Below, piece by piece: positions 26,893-36,473 of a DNA stretch of 64,000 bases (within the stretch, counting starts at the first letter, position 1; each line of letters opens with the position of its first letter). The position numbers and the translations under genes were made by a program. The stretch spans positions 32,001 to 96,000 of the forward strand of contig JBEKHN010000005.1 in the NCBI GenBank assembly GCA_050012255.1. Reading direction: 5' to 3'. The notes under the pieces are model-generated. The model searched no databases. It was not told the DNA's origin and saw only the letters and a program-made list of their open reading frames with translations. This DNA comes from Candidatus Bathyarchaeia archaeon (GTDB lineage: Archaea > Thermoproteota > Bathyarchaeia > Bathyarchaeales > Bathycorpusculaceae).

Positions 26893-27471
26893 CTATGTTT
26901 CAGATTTCTGGGGCTGCGGAAAGTTTTGTCTCAGGTATTGACAATACTTGTCTTCTATGCGGTCATAATACCCAAGTTCCCAGTGTGTTGGGCTCATCAA
27001 CCCGTACTCAGTACAGCCAAGCATCCATGACATCACATGGGCAATTTCAACTCTCTCACTGGAACCAAAATAGTCGTCCTTCAGCATCTCTATGACCAAA
27101 CCACTCATCTTGCTGAGAAGACTACAGAATTCTGGAAACTTGTCGACACCCGACTTGGATATTCTTTTTTCGGTGCCCCAAGCAACATATTTGTTCAACG
27201 GGTTCTGTGAGTCAGGATTGACTGCGAACTTGTCGGGAACAAGAAGTCCGAGTTTGTAGTTCATCTTGCTCTGAACAACTTCGCGGCACTTCTTTTCTGT
27301 CAACACGCGAAAGCTGACAACAACCTCGTCTTCAACACGATCTCTGATCAAAAAGTGAACACTCTTAACCCCTACAAGGTCTACCACAAAACCGTAGAAT
27401 TCAAGAAGAACACTTCTGACATTCTCTGGTGCACATTTGAAAACTGCTACAGACCAATCATCATCTGGCAT
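26893..27471 (-). CDS. Hypothetical protein, distant resemblance to the lantibiotic-dehydratase C-terminal domain
   Basis: 192 aa; WSVAVF..HFLIRD..VSFRV and IAHVMSWMLG patterns. Confidence 0.65.
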   Translation of the reverse strand: MPDDDWSVAVFKCAPENVRSVLLEFYGFVVDLVGVKSVHFLIRDRVEDEVVVSFRVLTEKKCREVVQSKMNYKLGLLVPDKFAVNPDSQNPLNKYVAWGTEKRISKSGVDKFPEFCSLLSKMSGLVIEMLKDDYFGSSERVEIAHVMSWMLGCTEYGLMSPTHWELGYYDRIEDKYCQYLRQNFPQPQKSET

Positions 27472-27569
27472 AGCAACCACATTTTCGTGTATTCTTCTTC
27501 TGTTCCTCTTATATGAAACTCAAGTATGATGGCAAGCGCGGGCTACAAGGTTTCCGCAAAACTAGCAGA

Positions 27570-30500
27570 TCATCTTTCCCCTTTCAGCCAGCTCTTTATT
27601 CCAAGTTCTCTCACAACAATCAGTACAGGTTCAGGTTCGTGTGACTTGTACTTGCCATTCTCGTCCAAGTACAGCACTGTTGGCTTCAGTGAAAACATAC
27701 CTTGTACCGTCGGCTTAAGGGTAATTCTTATTTCTTCTGTCTTAAGTGGGTCAAGTCTCTTTCCTTTCAGGTTGATGTAGCTGTCCTCTACTCGACAGGT
27801 TTCGGGTTTTTCTGTCAGCTCGAAACCTTTTGGGATGATTTCCGTGATCTTTGTCAAGAGGGCAGCGCCCTTCCCGGAATTCACAAGTTCGATCTCTATC
27901 TCAAGGTTTTCGCCAACCTTCAGGTCCCTTTGACGGATTATCAGGTTTGCTTGTATGTCTGCATGCTCAAACCTTTCTAATCCAACTGCTTCTTCGTGCG
28001 AAGGCGTTGGAACTGACATGCTGGCGGTGCTGGAGGCAACAGCTGGCGCTACCAAAACTTTGTCAAGGGATAGTGCAAATTCACGTTTTTCCTTAACTCT
28101 CTCGAGGGTTCTGAGAACGTCGCTGGCTTTTTTGGTGTATCCTGCTTTATTGAACAGCTTGGCCGAACGATCTAAATACCCTTCAACCAGCCCATAGAAC
28201 TTCGTTTTGTCTTTGTGATCAGCTTCAGTTTCAGCTTTGCCCATGTAGAAGTAGGCGTCAAACAAAGCCTCAGTCGCGCTGACCCAGGTGGAGGCATTTC
28301 CGAATCCAGCATCCATGTAATAGTCGGAGGCGCTCTCCATGTAGTGTTTGGCTTCATAATAGAGGATCACATTTCTTGTCGACTTGTAATTCGCGCCCAG
28401 CTCAAGTGCTTTGCATATGCTGGAGTTGCCGGCCGCGAACATGGCAGTCCTCTTTTTCACGCTGCTTTCTTTGGCCTTTGCAAACAGTAGAGATGCTTCC
28501 GCATAAAGGCTCGCGTCGGCCATTTCATCAGCAACGCTCATCTTTTGCCAAGCTTGACACATATAAATCATTGAATAAAGCTCCTTAACTTCAGCTTCAA
28601 TTTCCATCGTTTGGACAATCTTCTCCAGCTCTCTTGCTGCAAGCGCATATTTTTCTCCGCTCAATGCGCAGTCTCCGGAGGCGTAAAGGTTCTTGGCCTC
28701 CTCGATGAGGACTCTCGTAAGACAATAGTCTTCTCTCAGATTGGAAGCCTTAATCAGTTTGAATGCCAATTCTTTTTCATCCAAGCCTGCAATCTCATTG
28801 CGTTTTGTTTCAATAGATTTTCTGGCTTGACGGAAAAGTCTAGCTGCTTCTTCGAAAGCATGAATGCATTCTTGGCTTTGATCGTTCCTACTCAGGCCTT
28901 CCGCTTGTTCAAGACAAGCCCACGCTGAGTAGTTCGGAGCTATGTAGATCCATGATTTCGATGAGTTGAGATATGCAGCTGCTCTCTCGTAGTTGTCTTT
29001 GGACTTACCAAACTCCTCTCTTTCGTGGTTGTATTTTGCTCTCTCAATGCAACTCCAAGCCTGCATGTACGTCACATAATCCGCGTAAAAACTACTAAGT
29101 TGAGGAGTGTTGTGAGCGCCAAGCGTGAACTGCTTTGAGGCAGACTCAAAGTTGTTTGCAGATTCCAAGTATTCACCAAGACGATCATAGATCACAGCAG
29201 TCTGCCAGTAAGCTTCAGCGACCCTAGTAGGGAGATCTGCATTCTTGTTAAGCTGAACAGCGCTTTGATAGGTTTCTACTAGTTTCTTCAGGATTTCTTT
29301 TTCCGCGGTGGTCTGGTAGAGTTGGTTCAATATGCTTCCCAATTCCGTCTCAAAACTTCCCAGTAGTGCGAAGAGTTCTCTACGTGAAGGATAGGAAGCT
29401 ACGTGCTTTTCGAAGAGTCCTATGCAAGTTTCCATGTTAGAAACCGCCTTTTCAAGGAGCTCTTTTCTGTTCTCTTTTGTTTCCTCTAATCTGCTAAGTT
29501 CAAGCAGGATAAGTGCAAGTGCTTCGTAAGGAAGAGATCGGGGCAACGCATACTGAGGACGCAGTTGCTCTGTATAGTGAACGGCTTTCTCTCCAAGTGT
29601 CATAGCCTCAACCAGTAGCTCTCTTTTCTCAGCCCCCGTTCTTAGAGTTGACAAGTCATAGAGGGCATGCGACAGTTCAGATGAACTGTGAAAAATCGCA
29701 TGTGTTGAACCTATGCGTTGTGCATATTCAAGGCCATTCTTCCCTAGATTTACGGCTTTCTTAAGTAATTCATGTCTTGCTTCCAATTCCGTCTCTATAC
29801 TTGCTAGTTCTCTAAGATTCGCGACGTATCCATACCCATAAGAATGAAAGATCCCGGGACTGTAATTAGCAGGAACACTGTAGGCGATGGCTTTGCCAGC
29901 ATACTCCTCACATTTCGCTGATGTTTCTTTTATTTCCTCTAGGTTTTCTTTCCAGGTCAGACTCCATGCCGTTGAAAATGCCAAACCGTCAAACGCCCCA
30001 GACATAATACGGTAATCGTTTACTTTGCTGCAATATTGGAGTGCTTTGTTGAAGAGGCTTGATCCCACTTCCACTCCAGCGCCAAGATCATTCTCAGCAA
30101 ATCCTAAACAAACAGTTGATTTGGCTAGAAGGTAGGTGTCACCGATTTTTTCCGAGATTCTGATTGCTTCTTTCACATATTCGAATGCCCTCTGCTCGCA
30201 TTCCTTTCTTTTCGTTTCCAACCGTAGAGACATGGCGGCGTCAACGCAGTTAATGCTTGTTACGTGATATGCTCTCGCGAGTTCGTGCTCATCATCCGCC
30301 TCAGAGAATATTCGTATCGCTCTCTCCCCGAGGCTTATTGCCTCGTCCAGTATGTTCTCCCTCATCTGCATGTCCAGTTCTAGGTCCAATCGATCAGATA
30401 GGATGCAAGCTAGTCTGGTGCAGGTCTTCCCCAACTCGAGTTGGTCTCTTTTTTCATGATAGACTTTCAAGACTTCCCTCTCAATCCTGCAGCCTTCATC

Positions 30501-30860
30501 AAGTAGCGTTTTCTTTTCAGACCCTTCTGATGCAAGCCAATAGCCCATGTAAGCAATCATTGCATCGCAACGCAAAATACGAGGTGTCTTTTCTGACTCA
30601 TTCAGTCTTCCATGAAGTTCCTTAGCCTTCTCATAGCTTAGAATAGCCTGACGCAATCTTTCTCTAAACTCATCATTACTTTCAGCCTGAAATGCAGAGC
30701 GGTAAGAAGCATGACCTGACCGCTCATAAATCTCCGCTATCTTCGAGAAATCATCTTGGGGCAGCAGATTCAGTGCTTTCTCATACGACTCGGCAGCTCC
30801 AGACCAATCATATTCCCTCTCTAGTCGTTCTGCCTGATGCAGAATTTCCTCCACACTCAA
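27570..30860 (-). CDS. Large TPR-like helical-repeat protein with a C-terminal Ig-like domain
   Basis: 1096 aa of Ala/Glu/Tyr-rich helical repeats (AAESYEKAL..); C-term LVNSGKGAALL..IIPKGF..YLDENG. Confidence 0.85.
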   Translation of the reverse strand: MSVEEILHQAERLEREYDWSGAAESYEKALNLLPQDDFSKIAEIYERSGHASYRSAFQAESNDEFRERLRQAILSYEKAKELHGRLNESEKTPRILRCDAMIAYMGYWLASEGSEKKTLLDEGCRIEREVLKVYHEKRDQLELGKTCTRLACILSDRLDLELDMQMRENILDEAISLGERAIRIFSEADDEHELARAYHVTSINCVDAAMSLRLETKRKECEQRAFEYVKEAIRISEKIGDTYLLAKSTVCLGFAENDLGAGVEVGSSLFNKALQYCSKVNDYRIMSGAFDGLAFSTAWSLTWKENLEEIKETSAKCEEYAGKAIAYSVPANYSPGIFHSYGYGYVANLRELASIETELEARHELLKKAVNLGKNGLEYAQRIGSTHAIFHSSSELSHALYDLSTLRTGAEKRELLVEAMTLGEKAVHYTEQLRPQYALPRSLPYEALALILLELSRLEETKENRKELLEKAVSNMETCIGLFEKHVASYPSRRELFALLGSFETELGSILNQLYQTTAEKEILKKLVETYQSAVQLNKNADLPTRVAEAYWQTAVIYDRLGEYLESANNFESASKQFTLGAHNTPQLSSFYADYVTYMQAWSCIERAKYNHEREEFGKSKDNYERAAAYLNSSKSWIYIAPNYSAWACLEQAEGLSRNDQSQECIHAFEEAARLFRQARKSIETKRNEIAGLDEKELAFKLIKASNLREDYCLTRVLIEEAKNLYASGDCALSGEKYALAARELEKIVQTMEIEAEVKELYSMIYMCQAWQKMSVADEMADASLYAEASLLFAKAKESSVKKRTAMFAAGNSSICKALELGANYKSTRNVILYYEAKHYMESASDYYMDAGFGNASTWVSATEALFDAYFYMGKAETEADHKDKTKFYGLVEGYLDRSAKLFNKAGYTKKASDVLRTLERVKEKREFALSLDKVLVAPAVASSTASMSVPTPSHEEAVGLERFEHADIQANLIIRQRDLKVGENLEIEIELVNSGKGAALLTKITEIIPKGFELTEKPETCRVEDSYINLKGKRLDPLKTEEIRITLKPTVQGMFSLKPTVLYLDENGKYKSHEPEPVLIVVRELGIKSWLKGER

Positions 30861-31144
30861 CGCCTCTGATAACAGTAAACCATTAGAAGTTTAAGAACAA
30901 GTATCTGAAAAGTCTTTTCATGAATGAAGCACTCGATGGATACGGAGCGATTTTCAGTTTTGCGGATGGTTTTGCGACGTAGATTTCCGCGCGCGCTACA
31001 GACAGACACAGAAAACCAACAAAAAACAAAACAAGAGATGAAGGCTGTTCAATGGAGAAATATCTGACAATGAGTTTCAGAGATTACGTTTGAAAGTATG
31101 CCTATTATTCTTGGACTGTTGCACGCTTTTTTTGTGTGGCGCGC

Positions 31145-31249
31145 GCTACGGTTCGAGAAGTGGTTCTGATACCATGCTCATACTGCGGCGGGCTCATGCC
31201 CCAAACTTCCCTCTTCTGTCCAAACTGTGGAGCAAGAAGAAGAGCCTGA
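31145..31249 (+). pseudogene. C-terminal zinc-ribbon fragment
   Basis: ATVREVVLIPCSYCGGLMPQTSLFCPNCGARRRA* starts within GCGCGCGCTA (31139-31148); no convincing N-terminal part upstream. Confidence 0.7.
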
Positions 31250-31530
31250 CGAACTGTATCAACATTCCATGAACATTTTCAAAACCCTGAAAACCCCATA
31301 TACAGCATACTGCGCTGACCAGCACCTGAACGGGTTTAGGCTTCTAGGGAATTGAACCCAAAAGGAGGCGGGCTCAAATCTCGTATAATCCTACGGCTTT
31401 GGATTTGGGCAAAAATCTGTACGCGCGCTTTCACATATATTCAGATTGTCCAACACGGGTTCTATGCCGATCCAGCCAAGAATTCATAAGGAATTGGCAA
31501 TTGAAGGGTTACATGAAACAAGGCATCTTG

Positions 31531-31681
31531 GCGCGCGCACAGGCATCTTGAGAACACCGACGTAATCGGTCTTTCCATAATGCAAATCGCGGAGCCCATC
31601 AAGATTCGAAATGCCTACGGCTTTGAAACTTGTTTTCCTTGCTTCTTCTTTCACGTTCTCGGTCAATGTCACGATTGGCAC
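31531..31681 (-). pseudogene. N-terminal fragment of an epoxyqueuosine-reductase-like Fe-S protein
   Basis: LTENVKEEARKTSFKAVGIS..P resembles LTGKVKDFVKKKGATLVGVA..P of the intact 39603-40364 protein; resemblance ends at GCGCGCGC 31531-31538. Confidence 0.62.
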
Positions 31682-31693
31682 TTCCTACCGGTT

Positions 31694-32035
31694 TCAGAGT
31701 ACATTACGGATCTTTCGAAGATTCTCTGTCGCCACTGGTTCATTCGACAGAAATTCCTTCAACTTTCCGCAAGGATAATCATCACAGTGGACACATGTCT
31801 CGGCTTTCCTCTGTTCGGCACAGGGTCGTATCTCGCAGATTTTCCGACACCAACCAGAAAGCACGTCAGATTTGCAGCCCCGGCAGTCAATGTCTTCAGG
31901 TTTGAACTGGACTTTCATTCCTTCGGTCCACTGCTCAGCCAACTGTCTCTTTCGCTCAGCATCTTTCGCTTGGGTTGCCTTGAACGCCTTGCACTGACTG
32001 CAGTCTAATCCACAAAAGGCGATCATTTCAGGCAT
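31694..32035 (-). CDS. DUF3795-family Cys-rich protein, copy 2
   Basis: IAFCGLDCSQC..DCRGCKS..CEIRPC..TCVHCDDYPCGKL. Confidence 0.87.
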   Translation of the reverse strand: MPEMIAFCGLDCSQCKAFKATQAKDAERKRQLAEQWTEGMKVQFKPEDIDCRGCKSDVLSGWCRKICEIRPCAEQRKAETCVHCDDYPCGKLKEFLSNEPVATENLRKIRNVL

Positions 32036-32241
32036 GATTCTATCCAGCCTCCTTTTGGCAATATTATGATCTGAACAATGGAAGCCCGCAACATAAGCGT
32101 TCTACGGTCATATGACGCTACAGGTACCATATGCCACCTTCAAACCAGAAGCAGACTCGAAAGACTGGAGAAGTGAGCAAGTTGGCGAGAAGTCGTGAAG
32201 TTGCGCATCAAGGCCGAGTCTAACGGGGTTCAAGCAAGAGG

Positions 32242-32694
32242 CTACATTTCTAAACCAATCAGTATCTCAACAGCTTTTTTCACGAAACCGCAGCATTTTT
32301 CATCACGTACATTTGACTTTCGCATTTTTTCGAGTTCTTCGGGATTAGTCAGATCATAACCAATGAGTTCTCTGCAAAACGGGCTGCCACATTCTTTGGC
32401 GAATTGATCGTAGAATTCTAGAGCTATCTCGTATGCCTTCTCTTTTTCTATCAAGACTGTCTTGTTGGTTCCATGCTTTAGCCCGATGGCCATTATGGCA
32501 CCCGTTAAGGCTCCGCACAGTGAACCGCGTCTCCCGATTCCCCCTCCGAAAGCTGTGGCGATTCTGGGGACTAACCTGCTCCTGCCAATGCCATAGTATT
32601 CCTGCATGGCCAACAAGACGCTTTGAGCACAGTTGTAGTCCCGGCTGAAGTAGTCTGCTGTTTTTCCTGCGAACTGGCTTGTTTGTCGTTTCAT
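32242..32694 (-). CDS. C_GCAxxG_C_C family redox-active protein
   Basis: YNCAQSV, AFGGGIG, LCGALTG, FCRELIG, EKC; likely start ATG 32694. Confidence 0.9.
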   Translation of the reverse strand: MKRQTSQFAGKTADYFSRDYNCAQSVLLAMQEYYGIGRSRLVPRIATAFGGGIGRRGSLCGALTGAIMAIGLKHGTNKTVLIEKEKAYEIALEFYDQFAKECGSPFCRELIGYDLTNPEELEKMRKSNVRDEKCCGFVKKAVEILIGLEM

Positions 32695-32887
32695 GGTTGG
32701 CGTTTCCTTCTCTTGAGCACTATGATTGCCATGTTGTATGTGTGCTGGCTGCATTTTAATCAGCTCCTTTGCATGAGCGGAAAAGGCAACTCGCGCAGTA
32801 TACTGAGATTTGAGACGCTTGCGGCCGCGAAACCAGCTTTGCTCCATTCCTGACGTTTTGGGCAAACGCCATGTCTTGTACTTCCTC

Positions 32888-33235
32888 CTAGACCCGGAGT
32901 GTTTTCCGAATCTTTTCAAGATTCTCTGCGGCGCCGGGGTCGCCCGACAAATACTCTATCAGTTTTTCGCAAAGATAATCGTCACAGTGGGCACAGGTCC
33001 TGACTTTCTTCTCTTCCGCGCACGGTCTTATCATGCAGAGTTTTCGGCAAAAACCAGAAATAAGATCAGACTTACAACCGTGACAATCAACGTCTTCTGG
33101 TTTGAACTTGATCTCGCCTTGATCAGACCAGTGTTTGGCTATCTGCTTTTTCCATTCAACGGCTTTCTCTTGAGTCGCTTTGAACGCTTTACACTCGCTG
33201 CAGTCCAGTCCACAATAAGCAATCATTTCAGACAT
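32888..33235 (-). CDS. DUF3795-family Cys-rich protein, copy 1
   Basis: IAYCGLDCSEC..DCHGCKS..CMIRPC..TCAHCDDY; close paralog of 31694-32035. Confidence 0.87.
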   Translation of the reverse strand: MSEMIAYCGLDCSECKAFKATQEKAVEWKKQIAKHWSDQGEIKFKPEDVDCHGCKSDLISGFCRKLCMIRPCAEEKKVRTCAHCDDYLCEKLIEYLSGDPGAAENLEKIRKTLRV

Positions 33236-33788
33236 CTTTTCTACCTACCTACCTACTTTTTAAAGGCATCGCGTATTGAATGATTGCAGTCAACGGGATA
33301 AGCGTTCTACAGGCATGTGATGGTTAGATCAGTGCTTCGAAGAAGCCTTAGCTATGGCCTGGCGCGCGTAGCACGCCTGGGGGATTTGAGCCCAAACGGT
33401 TGAGCCGCAGTTGTCGGAACAGAGATTTAACCTTGGAACTGGGAGTCAAGCCCAATCCAAAAGCGATTGCAATTGTCTTCGGGAATCGATTCCAGCGGGG
33501 CGCACCTAAAATGGGGTGGGCCCAGACTACGTTGAGCACTTCTGTACCCATCAAAGTTTGTTTTAGGACTACTAAAAAACGCTTAACGGCATACCATTTA
33601 ACAGAGATCCTTCTGCTGAAGCCAAGCGCGTTATGGAGCATCAAATACAGATTCTGCTTTCATACATCTTATATCCGATTTTGAAAAACCTCTATTCTGA
33701 TTCAGATGCATATGAATCAAAAGTCAACGTCGAAATTGCTAGACTCCATCAGCGATAACCTTCAACTGGGAAAAGTGGAAAAAACCTT

Positions 33789-35567
33789 ATGAACGCATTC
33801 GATTGGCTTTCGCTTGCTGCAAGTGTCGTTTGCATTTCTTTGGGCGTTGTGGTTTACTCTTTCAACAGAAGAGCTTTGTTGAACAAGCTTTTCGTAATGA
33901 CCAGTTTTTTTGCGTTTTTTTATGCGTTCACTGAGGTTATGATGTGGCAGGCAAGTAGTTTTGAAAGCGCTTATTTCTGGAATAAGATGGGTTCTGTATG
34001 GCCTTTCTTCGTGGTTTCAGTTGCTCATTTTGCCCTAGCCTTTACCGGTAGTAAATGGCTAAGAAACAAGCTAGCCTATCTGCTTCTGTACTTGCCCGCC
34101 GTGCTGTTTTGCATTATCGAAGTGTTTACCGACATGATAAACGGGCCCCCAATTATGAAGTATTGGGGGTACAATGATACTGCATCAAACACATTGGTTT
34201 ACGGCATAAGCACTCTTTGGTCCGCAGCTTTGCCGATTTTGGCGTTTGTTTTGTGCTTTAGATCCTACCGCAGGACAGACGAAGAAGCCTTGAAACAGCA
34301 GAGAAAGTCTGTGACAATCGGCTTCGCTGTTCCTATTGCCGCTTTCGTGGTTACTAACATGCTGTTTCGGTCAGTCGGTATTGACATTCCAAATTTGGGG
34401 ATTGTTGCTGTCTTGTTTTTTGGCGGTTTTGTTGGGTATGGAATCTTGAAATATGAGTTGTTTTCTTTTGACGCTGCTGTTGCCGCAGAGAACATCGTTT
34501 CCACGATGCCAGACTCGCTTGTCTTGGCGGATATGAAGGGAAAAATGTTTAGGGTCAATAATCGTTTGGTGGAATTCTTGAGCTATGGCAAAGATGAATT
34601 GATTGGAGAGTCGATTTCCAAATTATTTGTGGAAGAGATGCGATGTGCAAGTGTTTTGAAGGAGTTGGCGGAAAAGAGAGTCATCCGTAATTATGAACTA
34701 GCGTACAAGACTAAATTTGGTGAGGAGAAGCATGTTCTGTTTTCGGGTTCAGTTGTTCGGAGCAAAACAGGTCGAGATATTGGAATTACATGCGTTATTC
34801 GCGATATTACAGAGCGCAAGGAGATGGAACAAAGACTTGTTAAGGCAGAAAGGCTTGCCTCGATTGGAGAATTGGCAGGACAAATTGGGCACGACCTTCG
34901 AAACCCCTTAACAGGCATCAAAGGTGGTGTTTACTTCCTGAGAACGAAAGGTGACAAAGTCAATAATGCAGACAGGGAAATGATTTTGGAAACGATGGAT
35001 AGAGCGATTGAGGATTCCAACAGGATCATTAACAGCCTTGTAGATTACTCAAGCGAACTGCGTCTGCAACTCGCCAAGTGCACGCCCAAGTCGCTTCTTC
35101 TAAATTGTCTGTCTAAGATTCATGTCCCAGAGCGCATAAGCATTTTAGACCACACCTTAGATGACCTCGAAATGTTTTTAGATGCTCCCAGAATGGAAAA
35201 AGTCTTCGCCAGCATGATACAAAATGCAATTGATGCCACTCCTGAAAAAGGCACCATAGAAATACGAAGTGCCCAGGTGGGTTCCGATGTGGAAATCACC
35301 TTTGCTGATTCGGGAACGGGCATACCCGAGAATGTTCTGCCAAAGATTTTCTCGCCTCTAATAACCACCAAGGCGAAAGGAATGGGCATGAGCCTGGCAA
35401 TTTGCAAACGGATCGTAGACGCGCACGGCGGCAAAGTCGCAGTCGAAAGTACGGTGGGGAAAGGAACAACGTTTACCATTACCTTGCCAATTAAGCCGAA
35501 AACCGAATTCGCCGTCGAAAATACTTGGATGATAACTATGAAACCCACTATCATTGGAGAAAGTTAG
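33789..35567 (+). CDS. Membrane (7TM) PAS sensor histidine kinase
   Basis: Seven hydrophobic helices, PAS, ERLASIGELAGQIGHDLRNPL, QNAIDA, DSGTGI, TTKAKGMGMSL. Confidence 0.93.
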   Translation: MNAFDWLSLAASVVCISLGVVVYSFNRRALLNKLFVMTSFFAFFYAFTEVMMWQASSFESAYFWNKMGSVWPFFVVSVAHFALAFTGSKWLRNKLAYLLLYLPAVLFCIIEVFTDMINGPPIMKYWGYNDTASNTLVYGISTLWSAALPILAFVLCFRSYRRTDEEALKQQRKSVTIGFAVPIAAFVVTNMLFRSVGIDIPNLGIVAVLFFGGFVGYGILKYELFSFDAAVAAENIVSTMPDSLVLADMKGKMFRVNNRLVEFLSYGKDELIGESISKLFVEEMRCASVLKELAEKRVIRNYELAYKTKFGEEKHVLFSGSVVRSKTGRDIGITCVIRDITERKEMEQRLVKAERLASIGELAGQIGHDLRNPLTGIKGGVYFLRTKGDKVNNADREMILETMDRAIEDSNRIINSLVDYSSELRLQLAKCTPKSLLLNCLSKIHVPERISILDHTLDDLEMFLDAPRMEKVFASMIQNAIDATPEKGTIEIRSAQVGSDVEITFADSGTGIPENVLPKIFSPLITTKAKGMGMSLAICKRIVDAHGGKVAVESTVGKGTTFTITLPIKPKTEFAVENTWMITMKPTIIGES

Positions 35568-35684
35568 CCGATCCTCTTGCGAATTTACCGGTAAGAAAGC
35601 GTTGCAGAATCCGGATTTCTCACAGACAAAAGAAAATTATAACCATCTGAAAGCTTAACGCGCGCTGAAGGATTTTCGTTTTCT

Positions 35685-35769
35685 TGCTCAACCACCTTTG
35701 TAAGCGCTCAACACCGTTGAGCAAGTTTTCTGCTCAATACTATTGAGCATTTATATAGGGCATTGAGCA
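35685..35769. promoter_or_regulatory. Array of TGCTCAA/TTGAGCA palindromic operator-like sites around a TATA box
   Basis: Half-site 35685, GCTCAAC-ACC-GTTGAGC 35706-35722, TGCTCAATA-C-TATTGAGCA 35731-35749, TTTATATA 35750-35757, half-site 35763. Confidence 0.7.
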
Positions 35770-35948
35770 AGATTCCACTACAGCCTTCTCCAAAAAAACA
35801 ATTCTCTTTTGATTTTCGTATTTCTCTCAAGCAGATATTTCATCAGAGTTCGGTCTGATTGGCGCGCGCGCAGAGTTTGAGAAAGAAACATAAGATACTA
35901 GCGTGTTTTGAGGAGAGAGGAACAAGCGCCTTACGGTGAGATGTCAAA

Positions 35949-36401
35949 ATGGCACAGACTACAGATGGATCATCCGCGCAGGATGAAGTCAGGAGTGTTA
36001 TAGTTAATCGGCTCGACGCCATGAAGAACAAGAACGAGGGTGCGGTTAAAGCACTTGTTGATGAGCACTACAACAAGTTTGACGACTGGCCCCCCTTTGA
36101 GAGGCAGGAAGGCCTGAAAGCCTTGGAGAACGAGTTCGGGGCGTTCAAGGTGATGTCCAGCTACAGTTACGAGTTGAGGGATTTTCAAGCGAACATTCTC
36201 GGGAACACGGCGATTGCCACGTTCATCATACATTATCAGGCAGTGATGAGAAACAGGGCGTTCGACGTGACTTCACGCGTCACATCCGTCCTCAACAAAC
36301 AAGATTCAGGATGGAAGGTGGTCCACGAACACTACTCCAGGTTTCCTGACCCGACAACGCAACAACAACGATTCATGCCCCGCCGAACGATGCAACCCTA
36401 A
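35949..36401 (+). CDS. SnoaL/NTF2-like protein
   Basis: C-term RVTSVLNKQDSGWKVVHEHYS; GGTGAG upstream. Confidence 0.85.
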   Translation: MAQTTDGSSAQDEVRSVIVNRLDAMKNKNEGAVKALVDEHYNKFDDWPPFERQEGLKALENEFGAFKVMSSYSYELRDFQANILGNTAIATFIIHYQAVMRNRAFDVTSRVTSVLNKQDSGWKVVHEHYSRFPDPTTQQQRFMPRRTMQP

Positions 36402-36473
36402 CCAGCGCGTGCGTCGATCAATGACTGAGGAATTGACTATTTTTTAATTTTCCGATTATCTTTTTTAGTTTGT

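Noticed and set aside
32695-32919. N-terminal extension of the C_GCAxxG_C_C ORF
   Set aside because: It overlaps the upstream DUF3795 gene and looks non-coding; ATG 32694 fits the family length.
33500-33545. CCAGACTACGTT as part of an IscB omega-RNA/IS200-605 end
   Set aside because: Only a short word matches; no iscB/tnpB/tnpA ORF nearby.
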